A stretch of DNA of 63,574 bases, filler included, from 5 parts of 5 records of this genome joined end to end with filler, not necessarily neighbours in it, one strand, 5' to 3'. Counted from the whole stretch's first letter, positions 46,898 through 58,398 are shown. Translations and numbers: made by a program. Notes: generated by a model not told the origin, from the letters alone.

Positions 46898-48351
46898 CCT
46901 ATCGCATCGCACTTGCCGGGCTGCATATGGAATGCGCAACATTCCTGCCCCATGTCACCGATCAGGAGGTTTTCGAGGCGGGAACGGTGCGTGGCCCGGA
47001 TCTCATCCGGTCCTTCCGCAGTTCCAACACCGTCATGGGTGGCTTCTTGAAGATCCTCAATGCGACCGGGGCGGAGGCTGTCCCGATCCTGCATGCCGAT
47101 GGTGGGGCCGCCGGGCTTGCCGATCAGGCGGCCGTTGCCAGCTATCGTCAGGAAATAGTTGACGGAATAAAGGCACTGGAGGGCCGCTTTGACGGGGTTC
47201 TGCTGCATCTTCACGGGGCGATGGTGACCCAGGATGAGCTGGACCCCGACGCCCACACACTCGACGCGATCCGCAAGGCTGCCGGACCGGATACGCCGAT
47301 CATGGTTGCGCTTGATTATCATGCCAATCTGGACGCGGCTTCGCTCGCAGGGGCGACCGCGGCGTTCGGCTATCGGTACTCTCCTCACATTGACATGGGG
47401 GCAACCGGCGAACGTGCGGCCCGCTGCCTTTTGAAGACCCTTGAGGGCGAAATTCGTCCCGCCATGGCAGTGGCCAGGCCCGGGCTGATCCTGCCGTCCA
47501 TCTTCTCCGCAACGGACCTCGCTCCCCTCCACGGCCTTGTCGAAAGGGCGAAACGCGCCTCTGATGAGGCTGCCGGATTTCGGGACGTTTCGCTCTTTGC
47601 CGGGTTTGCCTATGCGGATGTGCCCAATTGCGGGGCCTCTGTCGTGGCGATCAGTGACGGCACCCCGGAAGACGCACAGGCTCTGGCAGACGACCTTTCG
47701 AAAGAGGTCGATCGACACAGGAAGGCCCTTGCCGCGCCCGTTCCCGTCTACGGGCTGGAAGAGGGTGTTGAAAAAGCATGTGCCATCGCGGGCGGGTCAG
47801 ATCGCCCGGTTGTCATCCTGGAACATGCCGACCGCGCAAATGACAGCACCCACGGGCTGCGCCAGCTGCTGGCCCTTTCCGGCCGGATGCGGATTGCGGT
47901 GCCCTTCCTCTGGGATCCAGAAGCGGTGGCAAGGACCATCGCCGCAGGCCAAGGCGCGGTGGTTTCGCTGCGCCTCGGGGGGCATTCCGCCCCGAAAGCT
48001 GGCGGCCCGGTCCTCGTGACGGCGCGGGTCGATGCCGTAAAGCGGGATTTCAGATATCGCGGCACCGGAGAGATGCGGGCGGGCAGCGAAGTCCGTTTGG
48101 GGGACAGCGTGCTGTTGGATGTCGCTGGCATGAAGATCAGTGTCACAAGCCTGTCGCAGAGTGCGATCGACTTTGACCCGTTTTTGCAATTCGAACTCGA
48201 CCCAGGGGATTTCGACATCGTCCTTCTGCGGTCGAAAACGCATTTTCGGGCCGCATGGGACGGCTTTGCCGCAGAAATCGTCATCATCGACACCGCGGAT
48301 TACGGACCGGCCGATATCTCGAAACTTCCCTATAAACACGCGCATCCATAG
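46894..48351 (+). CDS. Second M81 (MlrC-like) metallopeptidase
   Basis: LHGAM, LDYHAN, PHID, RSKTHFRA; lacks the DNPG.G motif. Confidence 0.88.
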   Translation: MTYRIALAGLHMECATFLPHVTDQEVFEAGTVRGPDLIRSFRSSNTVMGGFLKILNATGAEAVPILHADGGAAGLADQAAVASYRQEIVDGIKALEGRFDGVLLHLHGAMVTQDELDPDAHTLDAIRKAAGPDTPIMVALDYHANLDAASLAGATAAFGYRYSPHIDMGATGERAARCLLKTLEGEIRPAMAVARPGLILPSIFSATDLAPLHGLVERAKRASDEAAGFRDVSLFAGFAYADVPNCGASVVAISDGTPEDAQALADDLSKEVDRHRKALAAPVPVYGLEEGVEKACAIAGGSDRPVVILEHADRANDSTHGLRQLLALSGRMRIAVPFLWDPEAVARTIAAGQGAVVSLRLGGHSAPKAGGPVLVTARVDAVKRDFRYRGTGEMRAGSEVRLGDSVLLDVAGMKISVTSLSQSAIDFDPFLQFELDPGDFDIVLLRSKTHFRAAWDGFAAEIVIIDTADYGPADISKLPYKHAHP

Positions 48352-48536
48352 CCCGACCGGCCCCTTCAAGTCCTTCTTTTGATCCGGTTTCCTGGCGTCC
48401 TGCGGCAGCAGGAGGGGAAAAAAATGCTACCCGTATCCGGAAAATTGCGTCTAACGTGGGTCATGCCTGAAAAAAGGTGCCTCCAAGAGCACCCCAAAAA
48501 AAGGCATGGAACCTTTGAAAACAGGGAGTTAATGCA

Positions 48537-50108
48537 ATGTGGAAGTCATTGTCTGCCGCAACGCTTGCGGCGGGGATGGTATTGGGCACAGTCGCTCATG
48601 CCGAAGATATAACGATTGCGGTGGCATCCGAGGTCACGGCAATGGACCCGCACTACCATAACACCGGCAACAACAACCAGATCGTGGGCCTTATCTATGA
48701 TCGGCTGCTGCACCAGGATAGCAGCCAGCAGCTTGGGCCGGGCCTTGCCGTCGAGTGGGGACCGATTGCCGATGATGTCTGGGAATTTCAGCTGCGTGAG
48801 GGCGTGACCTTCCATGACGGCTCTGCCTTCACGGCCGAAGATGTGGTGTTCAGCTACGAGCGCGTTCCGAACGTGCCCAACAGCCCGTCCTCCTTCGCGA
48901 CCTATACCTCTGGCATCGCCGAGATCATCGTTGTTGACGACCATACCATTCAGTTCCGCACAAATGGTCCGTACCCGCTGCTTCCGATCGACCTGTCCAC
49001 CATTCAGATCATCAGTTCGGAAAACCCCGAGGCGACAACGGAAGAGTTCAATGCAGGCCCGGCCAGCGTCGGAACCGGTCCGTACCGCTTCGTCAGCTAC
49101 ACACCGGGCGAAAGCATCGTGCTGGAAGCCAACCCCGATTATTGGGGCGGTGCTCCGCAGTTCGATACCGTAACCTATCGTCCCATCAGCTCTGATGCGG
49201 CGCGTGTCGCGGCGCTTCTGGCGGGCGATGTCGATGTGATTTCGGGGGTTCCGACATCCGACATCGAAACGCTTGAAGGCAACGATGACATCGTTCTCAG
49301 CCAGGGCGTGTCGAACCGGGTGATCTATCTGCATATCGACAGCCGCCGGCCCTATTCACCCTTCGTGACCGACAATGACGGCAACCAGATCTTCAATCCC
49401 TTCCAGGACGTCAATGTGCGGCGGGCCATTTCCATGGCGATCGACCGCGAAACCATCGTGGATGAAGTGATGGAAGGCATCGCCATCCCCGCCGGGCAGC
49501 TGCTGCCGGAAGGTTTCTTCGGTGTCTCGGACCTGATCGAAGTGCCGGAATACGATCCGGAAGGTGCGCGCGAGCTTCTGGCCGAGGCTGGATATCCGGA
49601 CGGCTTCCGCCTGACGATCCACGGCCCGAACGACCGCTACATCAACGATGAGCAGATTGCCCAGGCAATCGCGCAGATGCTGACCCGTGTCGGCATTCAG
49701 ACCGAAGTCGAAACCATGCCGCGTTCAGTCTATTTCGGTCGCGCGACAGGGGACGAGAACGGATCTGAGTTCTCCCTGATGCTCGTTGGTTGGGGCTCCG
49801 GTACTGGTGAGGCCTCTTCGCCGCTGCGCGCACTGCTGCATACGCGCGACGATGATACCGGTCTTGGTCGGACCAACCGCGGTCGCTATTCAAGCGCCGC
49901 GTTCGACGCAACCCTGCAACTGGCGCTGAACACGGTGGATGACGATCTCCGCCAGGAACTGCTGGCGCGTGCGACGGAAATCGCCATGCGTGAAATCGGC
50001 CTGATCCCGACGCATTTCCAGGTGAACACCTGGGCCACGCGCGCGGGACTTCGCTATATCCCGCGGTCGGACGAATACACGCGTCCGACCAATGTCGTGA
50101 TCGAATAA
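48537..50108 (+). CDS. ABC transporter substrate-binding protein, family 5 (DppA-like)
   Basis: Signal peptide, LREGVTFHDG, GTGPY, VRRAIS.AIDR. Confidence 0.93.
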   Translation: MWKSLSAATLAAGMVLGTVAHAEDITIAVASEVTAMDPHYHNTGNNNQIVGLIYDRLLHQDSSQQLGPGLAVEWGPIADDVWEFQLREGVTFHDGSAFTAEDVVFSYERVPNVPNSPSSFATYTSGIAEIIVVDDHTIQFRTNGPYPLLPIDLSTIQIISSENPEATTEEFNAGPASVGTGPYRFVSYTPGESIVLEANPDYWGGAPQFDTVTYRPISSDAARVAALLAGDVDVISGVPTSDIETLEGNDDIVLSQGVSNRVIYLHIDSRRPYSPFVTDNDGNQIFNPFQDVNVRRAISMAIDRETIVDEVMEGIAIPAGQLLPEGFFGVSDLIEVPEYDPEGARELLAEAGYPDGFRLTIHGPNDRYINDEQIAQAIAQMLTRVGIQTEVETMPRSVYFGRATGDENGSEFSLMLVGWGSGTGEASSPLRALLHTRDDDTGLGRTNRGRYSSAAFDATLQLALNTVDDDLRQELLARATEIAMREIGLIPTHFQVNTWATRAGLRYIPRSDEYTRPTNVVIE

Positions 50109-50117
50109 AGAGCTTGT

Positions 50118-50148
50118 GCGGGCGGAGGGCTCTGGCCTTCCGCCCGTC
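50118..50148 (+). terminator. Stem-loop after the SBP gene (mRNA-stabilising or terminator)
   Basis: gcgggcggagggc-tctg-gccttccgcccgt. Confidence 0.45.
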
Positions 50149-50216
50149 CGCTTCCAATCGACTACCGCGTCACCTCGGATCTTGGAGGGGACCACGTTAG
50201 GGACAGATCCGCGACC

Positions 50217-51194
50217 ATGACGGTTTTCATCATCCGCCGATTGATGCAGAGCATCCTTGTCATCCTTGTCATGACGGTTCTCGTGTTCGCGGGGGTTTAT
50301 GCAATCGGCAATCCGGTTGAAATCCTGATCAGCCAGGACGCCACTGAGGCAGAGCGGGCTGCCGCCATCGCCCGTCTCGGTCTGGACAGGAGCCTTCCCG
50401 AACAATATTTCGCCTTTCTGGGCAATCTCCTCAGGGGCGATCTGGGCACCAGTTTTGTCTTTGGCGAACCCGCCCTGCAACTGGTGCTGCAACGCTTTCC
50501 AGCAACCATGGAACTTGCTCTTTGTGCCATGGTGATTGCGATCTTCATCGGTGTTCCTCTAGGTCTCTATGCAGGCCTGAAACCCGATAGCATCGGTGGC
50601 CGTACGATAATGACGGGCTCAATTTTCGGGTTCTCGCTGCCGAATTTCTGGCAGGGATTGATGCTTATCATGCTCTTTGCGGTGATCCTTCAGTGGTTGC
50701 CCGCCGGTGGCCGTGGGGAACGCGGTGAGTTCATGGGAATAGAGAGCAGTTTCTTTTCATGGGATGGCATAAGCCATCTGATCCTGCCGGCGATTAATCT
50801 GGCTCTCTTCAAAACCAGCCTTGTCATCCGGCTGACTCGCGCATCGGTACGAGAGACAATCAATCTGGACTACGTGAAATTCGCCCGTGCCAAGGGCCTT
50901 CGGCCCAGGCGTGTCATTGGCCTGCATGTCCTGAAGAACATCATGATCCCGCTTGTCACCATCATCGGCCTGGAATTCGGGTCGGTCATCGCCTTTGCGG
51001 TCGTGACCGAGACGGTGTTTGCTTGGCCCGGTATGGGCAAGCTCATCATCGACAGCATCTTCCAGCTCGACCGACCGGTGATTGTTGCCTACCTCATCGT
51101 GATTGTGTGCCTTTTCATCACCATCAACCTTGTCGTGGACATCCTCTACGCAATCCTGGACCCACGTGTCCGACTATCGGATCAAAAGGCATGA
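50217..51194 (+). CDS. ABC permease DppB-like
   Basis: GDLGTS, ARAKG, ETVFAWPGMG, LDPRVR. Confidence 0.93.
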   Translation: MTVFIIRRLMQSILVILVMTVLVFAGVYAIGNPVEILISQDATEAERAAAIARLGLDRSLPEQYFAFLGNLLRGDLGTSFVFGEPALQLVLQRFPATMELALCAMVIAIFIGVPLGLYAGLKPDSIGGRTIMTGSIFGFSLPNFWQGLMLIMLFAVILQWLPAGGRGERGEFMGIESSFFSWDGISHLILPAINLALFKTSLVIRLTRASVRETINLDYVKFARAKGLRPRRVIGLHVLKNIMIPLVTIIGLEFGSVIAFAVVTETVFAWPGMGKLIIDSIFQLDRPVIVAYLIVIVCLFITINLVVDILYAILDPRVRLSDQKA

Positions 51195-52486
51195 GCAGCA
51201 TCGAGATAGATCCCGGAACCGCATCGCCGCCCGACCAGAAGGCGGTCAAACCGGTGCCTCCTGCGGTGCGTATCGCACGGGACTTCGTTGAAAGTCCGCT
51301 TGCCGTCCTCGGGCTGGTGATCCTGCTGGTCATCATATCAATAGCGATCCTCGCAACTGTAATCGCGCCCCAGAATCCCTATGATCTGTCTGAAATCCGT
51401 CTGGAGGACAGCCGTCAGCCACCTGGATCCCTTCGGATGACCGATCCGTGGGAAACCGATCTTATCCTTGCCATCGACCCTACGATCGAAGGTAGAACCG
51501 AGATCACCTTTACGGATGAAGCTCCCTTTGATGGCGCGGTGCTGTCATGGACCCCGGTCAGTGGCGAAAATGCCGTGGCTGTTCGCCTTGTCTTCGACCC
51601 GGCACTGGACAGTGTTCCCCTTGAACCTCTGCGGCTTGACGAAGTACCGCGTGGCGCCGATCTGAATGTCGGTGAGAAACACAGTTTCCGGTCATTCTGG
51701 ACTGTCGAACCGGCGGATCTAGAGGATTTCATACTCTCCTCCAACCGTGCCCTGGACCAGCCCTTCGAGTTGGAGCTTGCTGTCCGTGGGACCGAAGGCG
51801 AGACGATAATGACCTACTGGCTAGGGACGGATGGCCAGGGGCGCGACATGCTGTCGGCGATCATGTATGGCCTGCGGACCAGCCTCGCTGTCGGTGTCGT
51901 TTCCTGCTTCTTTGCCATGGTCATCGGCCTGAGCCTCGGCATGATTGCCGCCTTCTTTGGTGGCAAGATAGAAACCGTGATCATGCGCATCGTCGATCTT
52001 CAGCTCAGCTTTCCGACGATCCTTGTGGCTTTGATGCTGCTTGCTATCCTTGGATCAGGCGTCGAAAAGGTCATGCTTGCACTTGTGATCGTGCAGTGGG
52101 CCTACTTCGCGCGAACTGCCAGATCCGTAGCCCTGGTTGAGCGCGGCAAGGAATACGTGGAGGCCGCTCAGTGCCTCGCCCTGTCCAAGGCCCGGGTCAT
52201 TTTCCGGCACCTGCTGCCGAACTGCCTGCCGCCGATCATTGTCGTCGCGACCGTGCAGGTGGCGAATGCTATTGCCCTTGAGGCAACCTTGTCATTCCTT
52301 GGGATCGGTCTGCCGGTAACGGAACCCAGCCTTGGCCTGCTGATCTCTAATGGCTTTGAATACATGCTGTCTGGTCGCTATTGGATCAGCGTGTATCCCG
52401 GCGTCGCCCTGCTGGTCACGATCATCGCCATCAACCTTGTGGGTGATCGTTTGCGAGATATCCTGAACCCGAGGCTGAACCGATGA
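51191..52486 (+). CDS. ABC permease DppC-like with a large insertion
   Basis: LGTDGQGRD, EYVEAA, RHLLPN, GDRLRDILNPR. Confidence 0.9.
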   Translation: MSSIEIDPGTASPPDQKAVKPVPPAVRIARDFVESPLAVLGLVILLVIISIAILATVIAPQNPYDLSEIRLEDSRQPPGSLRMTDPWETDLILAIDPTIEGRTEITFTDEAPFDGAVLSWTPVSGENAVAVRLVFDPALDSVPLEPLRLDEVPRGADLNVGEKHSFRSFWTVEPADLEDFILSSNRALDQPFELELAVRGTEGETIMTYWLGTDGQGRDMLSAIMYGLRTSLAVGVVSCFFAMVIGLSLGMIAAFFGGKIETVIMRIVDLQLSFPTILVALMLLAILGSGVEKVMLALVIVQWAYFARTARSVALVERGKEYVEAAQCLALSKARVIFRHLLPNCLPPIIVVATVQVANAIALEATLSFLGIGLPVTEPSLGLLISNGFEYMLSGRYWISVYPGVALLVTIIAINLVGDRLRDILNPRLNR

Positions 52487-53469
52487 GTCTTCTGAGCATC
52501 AACAACTTGAAGACGCATTTCTTCACCAAGGCGGGTGTGGTGAAATCCGTCGATGGCGTTTCTTTCGAGATCGCCCGGGGAGAGATCCTCGGCATCGTGG
52601 GGGAAAGTGGATCGGGAAAATCCGTGACGGGCTTTTCGATCATGGGTCTCGTCGACCAGCCCGGCCGGATTGCAGACGGGTCCATTCGTTTCGATGGTCA
52701 GGACCTCGTGGGAATGCCAGAACCGCAAATGCGCGACTTGCGCGGACGCCGGATCGCGATGATCTTTCAAGACCCGATGATGACGCTCAATCCCGTCCTG
52801 CGGGTCGATACCCAGATGATCGAGGCATTGCGTGCCCACGGAAAATGGTCGGATGAGGATGCGCGACAAAGGTGCCGGGATGTGTTGGGGCAGGTTGGCA
52901 TACCCAGCCCGGATGAGCGGCTGAGAAGCTATCCGCACCAGTTTTCAGGCGGTATGCGCCAGCGCGTGGCCATCGCGATCGCCCTTTTGCATCAGCCGGA
53001 CCTGATCATCGCGGACGAACCTACAACGGCCCTTGATGTCACGATCCAGGCGCAGATCCTCTACGAAGTTCAGAAACTCGTGGCCGAACACAACACGGCA
53101 ATGATCTGGGTCACCCATGACCTTGCGGTAGTGGCTGGCCTCGCCAACCGGGTGGCGGTGATGTATGCGGGGCGGATCGTGGAAATGGGCACCACCGAAG
53201 AGGTCGTCAACCGGCCCTTCCATCCCTACACCTCCGGTCTGATCGGCTCTGCCCCGTCCCGGAATGCGCGTGGCACGCGGCTGACCCAGATCCGGGGGAT
53301 GGCGCCCTTGCCGATGAACCTTCCGTCCGGCTGCGCGTTCCGTCCAAGATGCGACCGCGCCAGCGAGGCCTGTGCAACGGCACCCGACGCCACCACGCCC
53401 GAGGGCGATCACCTGGTCCGGTGTCATCATCCCCTTGGCGTCGGACAGGATCGGGGGACAGCGGCATGA
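52483..53469 (+). CDS. ABC ATPase DppD-like
   Basis: GESGSGKS, FSGGMRQR, DEPTTALD, HPYT. Confidence 0.95.
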   Translation: MSLLSINNLKTHFFTKAGVVKSVDGVSFEIARGEILGIVGESGSGKSVTGFSIMGLVDQPGRIADGSIRFDGQDLVGMPEPQMRDLRGRRIAMIFQDPMMTLNPVLRVDTQMIEALRAHGKWSDEDARQRCRDVLGQVGIPSPDERLRSYPHQFSGGMRQRVAIAIALLHQPDLIIADEPTTALDVTIQAQILYEVQKLVAEHNTAMIWVTHDLAVVAGLANRVAVMYAGRIVEMGTTEEVVNRPFHPYTSGLIGSAPSRNARGTRLTQIRGMAPLPMNLPSGCAFRPRCDRASEACATAPDATTPEGDHLVRCHHPLGVGQDRGTAA

Positions 53470-54461
53470 CCACTCCGATCATTGAACTGGAATCCGTGTC
53501 CAAGCGGTTTGTGAAGAAGCTGGATATCGCCGAGAAATTCGCCCGTCGACTGGGGGCCAAGGTCGAAGAACATACGGTGCATGCGGTGGACAGCGTGAAC
53601 CTGTCGATCATGCCTGGGGAAGTGGTTGGTCTGGTCGGGGAAAGCGGCTGCGGAAAAAGCACGCTTGGCCGCTGCGTGGCCGGGGTCCATCAGCCCACGG
53701 AAGGGATTATCCGGTTTCTCGGAAAGGATGTCCGAACCCTGCGCGGCAAGGACTTGCTGGAAAGCCGGTTGAAGGTGCAGATGATCTTTCAGGATCCCAT
53801 GAGCAGCCTGAATCCGCGCCTGAAAGTGTCCGACATTATCAGCGAAGCCCCCCTTTTTCATGGCCTGATCAGCCGCGGCGAGGTCGAGGACTACGTGGCG
53901 ATGACCATGCAGCGGGTGGGGCTCGATCCGTCCTACCGTCACCGATACCCGCACCAGTTTTCCGGCGGTCAGCGCCAGCGTATCGGCATCGCGCGTGCCT
54001 TGGCTGTCCAGCCTGATTTCATTGTTTGCGACGAAGCCGTCGCTGCCCTTGACGTGTCGATCCAGGCGCAGGTTCTGAACCTGTTCATGGACCTGCGAGA
54101 GGATCTGGGGCTGACATATCTTTTCATCAGCCATGATCTCGGGGTGGTCGAGCATCTCAGCGATCGGGTGGTGATCATGTATCTGGGACGGGTCGTCGAA
54201 ACCGCACCGACGGAAGAGCTGTTCGCTGCACCGAACCATCCCTACACACAGGCCCTGCTGATAGAAGCGCCACGCCTTGAAACGGATCGGCGAATCTACG
54301 CACCGATCAAGGGTGAAATCCCGTCCCCGCTGGACCCGCCCAAAGGATGCCATTTCCATCCGCGCTGCCCGCATGCCACCGAACGCTGCCGGGTCGAGGT
54401 GCCAGAGCTGAGGGAAATCTCACCCGGCCGAACCAGCGCCTGCCACCTGAACGACGGATAA
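53466..54461 (+). CDS. ABC ATPase DppF-like
   Basis: GESGCGKS, FSGGQRQR, GCHFHPRC. Confidence 0.95.
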   Translation: MTTPIIELESVSKRFVKKLDIAEKFARRLGAKVEEHTVHAVDSVNLSIMPGEVVGLVGESGCGKSTLGRCVAGVHQPTEGIIRFLGKDVRTLRGKDLLESRLKVQMIFQDPMSSLNPRLKVSDIISEAPLFHGLISRGEVEDYVAMTMQRVGLDPSYRHRYPHQFSGGQRQRIGIARALAVQPDFIVCDEAVAALDVSIQAQVLNLFMDLREDLGLTYLFISHDLGVVEHLSDRVVIMYLGRVVETAPTEELFAAPNHPYTQALLIEAPRLETDRRIYAPIKGEIPSPLDPPKGCHFHPRCPHATERCRVEVPELREISPGRTSACHLNDG

Positions 54462-54494
54462 GGCCAGAGCCGGGGCACAAGGGCTGCCGGCAGT

Positions 54495-55451
54495 CTAGTC
54501 CACCCACTGCCCCAGTCGAACCGCGGTTGCGCCAGGGGTAAGCCTGCGGCTTGGCATGATCAGCACGCAGCCATCATGCGGCGCGCGGATTTCCTTGTCG
54601 CCGTCCATGCCGATCAGATCCCCTTTGGCAAGCGTCTCCAGACCCGTGAAGGGCTGTGCGAATTCGAAGTTGTCAGTCTCGACCGTGACCGGCATCTCGA
54701 CCTTCACCACGCGCTGCTCTGCCGGTAAGGGCAAGAGATTGGGCTCTGCTGTCTCGGGCGCGATCATCTCGTGCAGCAAAAGCCAGCGATACACACTGTC
54801 AATCGCGACCGGCCCCGCCGATGCCTCCCAGTGTTGGCCGCACTCGATCAGAACAGCGGTTCTGGCGCTATCGGGATCGCCAAAGCCCCCATAGTCGCGA
54901 AGCCGCCTACCGGCTGCATGACCGGTATCGGCCACGATAATCGCCGGCGTCCCGAGTTGCCTTGACATGGCGGTGCTTTTTTCTAGCGGCCCGGCGACGA
55001 TCACCGGTGCTGTCTTGTGCTGCATGGAATGCACGTCGAACAGGATATCCACCGTGTCGATCAGCGGACGGATCTGGCGCGCGCGATCAAGCTCGCACGA
55101 GCTGCGATCCCCGTCGAGCGTTTCAGCGTCCCAAACCCTGTTCATGTCCTCGTCCAGAAACCGGCTTGCCATCGGATCGTCCCTGTCAAAGGCCTCATAG
55201 GCCGCGACATTGGAAAATCCGAGCGTCAGCTTACCCTTTCTGGGCCGGACGCCCGACCGGAACAGATGGTCAAGCGCGATGACCCCGCAGACCTCGTTGC
55301 CATGAACAAGGGCATTGATCAGGACATGCGGCCCGGCAACGCCGCTGTCAAAGCTGGTGTAGTAGTCCACGCCGGTGTTGCCGTCCCGGTAAGGGGAGAT
55401 ATCGGGGAAGGGCAACTCGATCGGGTACTTGTTGGGATCGGTCGCGCTCAT
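54495..55451 (-). CDS. Succinylglutamate desuccinylase/aspartoacylase-family protein
   Basis: HGNE, DMNR, DVHS, ECGQH. Confidence 0.88.
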   Translation of the reverse strand: MSATDPNKYPIELPFPDISPYRDGNTGVDYYTSFDSGVAGPHVLINALVHGNEVCGVIALDHLFRSGVRPRKGKLTLGFSNVAAYEAFDRDDPMASRFLDEDMNRVWDAETLDGDRSSCELDRARQIRPLIDTVDILFDVHSMQHKTAPVIVAGPLEKSTAMSRQLGTPAIIVADTGHAAGRRLRDYGGFGDPDSARTAVLIECGQHWEASAGPVAIDSVYRWLLLHEMIAPETAEPNLLPLPAEQRVVKVEMPVTVETDNFEFAQPFTGLETLAKGDLIGMDGDKEIRAPHDGCVLIMPSRRLTPGATAVRLGQWVD

Positions 55452-56875
55452 GAGGTGGCCCTTGGCACGATTGGCGGTTCGACGCCATCGGGAAGCGGGC
55501 AAACATATGGTGTCTTCCTTAGATGGGCCTCGTGCAGTTCCTTTGCCTTTGCAAGCAGGGCAGGATCCTCGATCACCCGTTTGGCCGTGGCCGCCATGAT
55601 CTTGGCAGCATAGACCATACCCTTGTGCGCCGCCGGTGCCTTTCCCTGCGCGACTGTTTGCCAGGTGTGAAACGGCGTGCCGACCGCACAGGTCGCCACT
55701 CGGGCCTGAACCGTGGGAACGGTCCAGCTGACATCCCCGACATCGGTTGACCCTTCTCCTCCCTCACCCTTGAGGTCCAGCGGCGCCACGAAATCGCAAA
55801 GGGCAAGGCTCTCGTCCGGTGCCGGCATACCGACGCGCCGGAAGGATACCGCGATATCGTCCGCCGTCAGGGTTTTTTGTATCTCTCGGGCGAAAGCCGC
55901 GTCGGTTTCGTCAAAGGCAACCGGACCCAGACGTTCCATCTCTCCCTGCATGGCCTCCTCCAGAGGCCGGTTGCCGATCAGGTTCGATACGCCAGTGAAG
56001 ACGCGGGATTCGACGCGAGTCTCCGTCATCAGGGCGGCTCCTTCGGCGATCTTCTTTACCCGCTCGATCAGGGATCGAAGCCCAGGCAAGTCCGAGGCAC
56101 GGACCAATTGCCGAACCGTTGCCCGGTGCTGCACCACGTTGGGGGCAACCCCGCCTGCGTCGAGATAGGCGTAGTGGACGCGCGCATCATCCGGCATGTG
56201 TTCGCGCATGTAGTTGATACCAACATTCATCAGTTCCACCGCATCAAGGGCGCTTCGGCCCAATTCGGGCGCGCCTGCGGCATGGGCTGCCTTTCCGTGA
56301 AAGGTGAAGTCGATCCGAGTGTTGGCCAGCGAGTTTGCCCTGTTTACGGCAGTGAACGTAGCCGGGTGCCAGGATATCGCCGCATCAACATCGTCGAACA
56401 ATCCTTCGCGCACCATAAAGGCCTTTGCAGCGCCGCCTTCTTCAGCCGGGCATCCATAATAGCGGACCCGCGCCTTGATTCCGTTGTCCTCTATCCAGTC
56501 CTTTACGGCCGTCGCGGCAAGCAGGGCCGCAGCGCCCAACAGGTTATGTCCGCAGCCGTGGCCGTTTCCACCGGTCTCCTGGGGGCGTGGTTCCGCAACA
56601 CCGGGTGCCTGGCTGAGATAAGGCAGCGCATCGAACTCTCCGAGTATGGCAATGACCGGTCCTTCTTCACCTGCCTCGCCCGTAACAGCCGTCGGGATGC
56701 CAGCGGCGTCTTCGGTTATTCGAAAGCCCTTCTGTTCAAGCATCGCCTTGTGTTCTGCAACGGAACGGTACTCATTGTAGAGCGTTTCCGGCATCTCAAA
56801 GACGCGATCTGACAGTGCAATCAGATCCTCCTTGTGATGATCTACATTCTCCCAGATAACGTTTGAATTCTGCAT
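55448..56875 (-). CDS. M20 amidohydrolase (AbgB-like)
   Basis: GEFDALP, GHGCGHN, PAEEGG, GSTDVGDVSW; ATG at 56875 after a GGGAG RBS. Confidence 0.9.
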   Translation of the reverse strand: MQNSNVIWENVDHHKEDLIALSDRVFEMPETLYNEYRSVAEHKAMLEQKGFRITEDAAGIPTAVTGEAGEEGPVIAILGEFDALPYLSQAPGVAEPRPQETGGNGHGCGHNLLGAAALLAATAVKDWIEDNGIKARVRYYGCPAEEGGAAKAFMVREGLFDDVDAAISWHPATFTAVNRANSLANTRIDFTFHGKAAHAAGAPELGRSALDAVELMNVGINYMREHMPDDARVHYAYLDAGGVAPNVVQHRATVRQLVRASDLPGLRSLIERVKKIAEGAALMTETRVESRVFTGVSNLIGNRPLEEAMQGEMERLGPVAFDETDAAFAREIQKTLTADDIAVSFRRVGMPAPDESLALCDFVAPLDLKGEGGEGSTDVGDVSWTVPTVQARVATCAVGTPFHTWQTVAQGKAPAAHKGMVYAAKIMAATAKRVIEDPALLAKAKELHEAHLRKTPYVCPLPDGVEPPIVPRATS

Positions 56876-57412
56876 CACCGTTCTCCCACCGACCGATCCG
56901 ATGCATGAGGCTCCCACGGTCGTTGGCAGTTGGCAAGTATCCACTTTTGCTAAACCTCGTTCCCTCAACGGAAAAACCAAAACAAAAGCAGGAAGACGGA
57001 TATGTATTCCATGCACCCGTGCGCAAAGGCGTAGGCGTCCTCACCAAGGTGCGGTGATGGATAGAGGCTTTCGTCGCTTACCCCGCATTGCCTTCACGGC
57101 TATGGCCAGAAGGAGGATCATACCCCAGATCAAAGTGTCGACGCTCGTCGTTTCGCCCAGAAAGAGCAAGACCCAGAGAGGAGCGAGCAGGACTTAGGCC
57201 CGAGACTACAAGAAGAGTTCTGCTACGGGGAGGCTACGCGAGCCTGATGTAAAAAAGATCAGACCGACACCGACCTGTCGGGTTCCGCCGCCGCGCGGCC
57301 TTCAACTCATCCCCAGAGTCAGCAGAGCGAAATTCCTTTGGCCCGCCGATTGGCCAGCGGGAAAGCTATTCAACAACTCTGTTGAATATTCTCAGAAGCG
57401 TGATGTGAAATA

Positions 57413-57440
57413 TGGCGGAGAGACAGGGATTCGAACCCTG
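57413..57440 (-). tRNA. 3' part of tRNA-Ser (truncated)
   Basis: Reverse complement cagggttcgaatccctgtctctccgcca: T-arm plus TCTCC-G-CCA, typical of tRNA-Ser. Confidence 0.75.
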
Positions 57441-57540
57441 NNNNNNNNNNNNNNNNNNNNNNNNNNNNNNNNNNNNNNNNNNNNTTAATTAATTAANNNN
57501 NNNNNNNNNNNNNNNNNNNNNNNNNNNNNNNNNNNNNNNN
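57441..57540. other. Artificial contig linker
   Basis: N44-TTAATTAATTAA-N44. Confidence 0.99.
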
Positions 57541-57541
57541 G

Positions 57542-58351
<810 letters not shown>

Positions 58352-58398
58352 GCAGGCACTCCAAAGAGAGACTTCGCGTTCCCCGCGAGATCGACTTA

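Noticed and set aside
45350-48351. Microcystin degradation (mlr) cluster
   Set aside because: Only M81-family homologs are present; no mlrA, mlrB or mlrD.
11385-57540. Four TTAATTAATTAA motifs in N-runs, and the apparent head-to-head pair of type I R-M operons
   Set aside because: Synthetic linkers. The two operons are on different contigs, so their juxtaposition, and the CRISPR-nrdJ adjacency, is an artefact.
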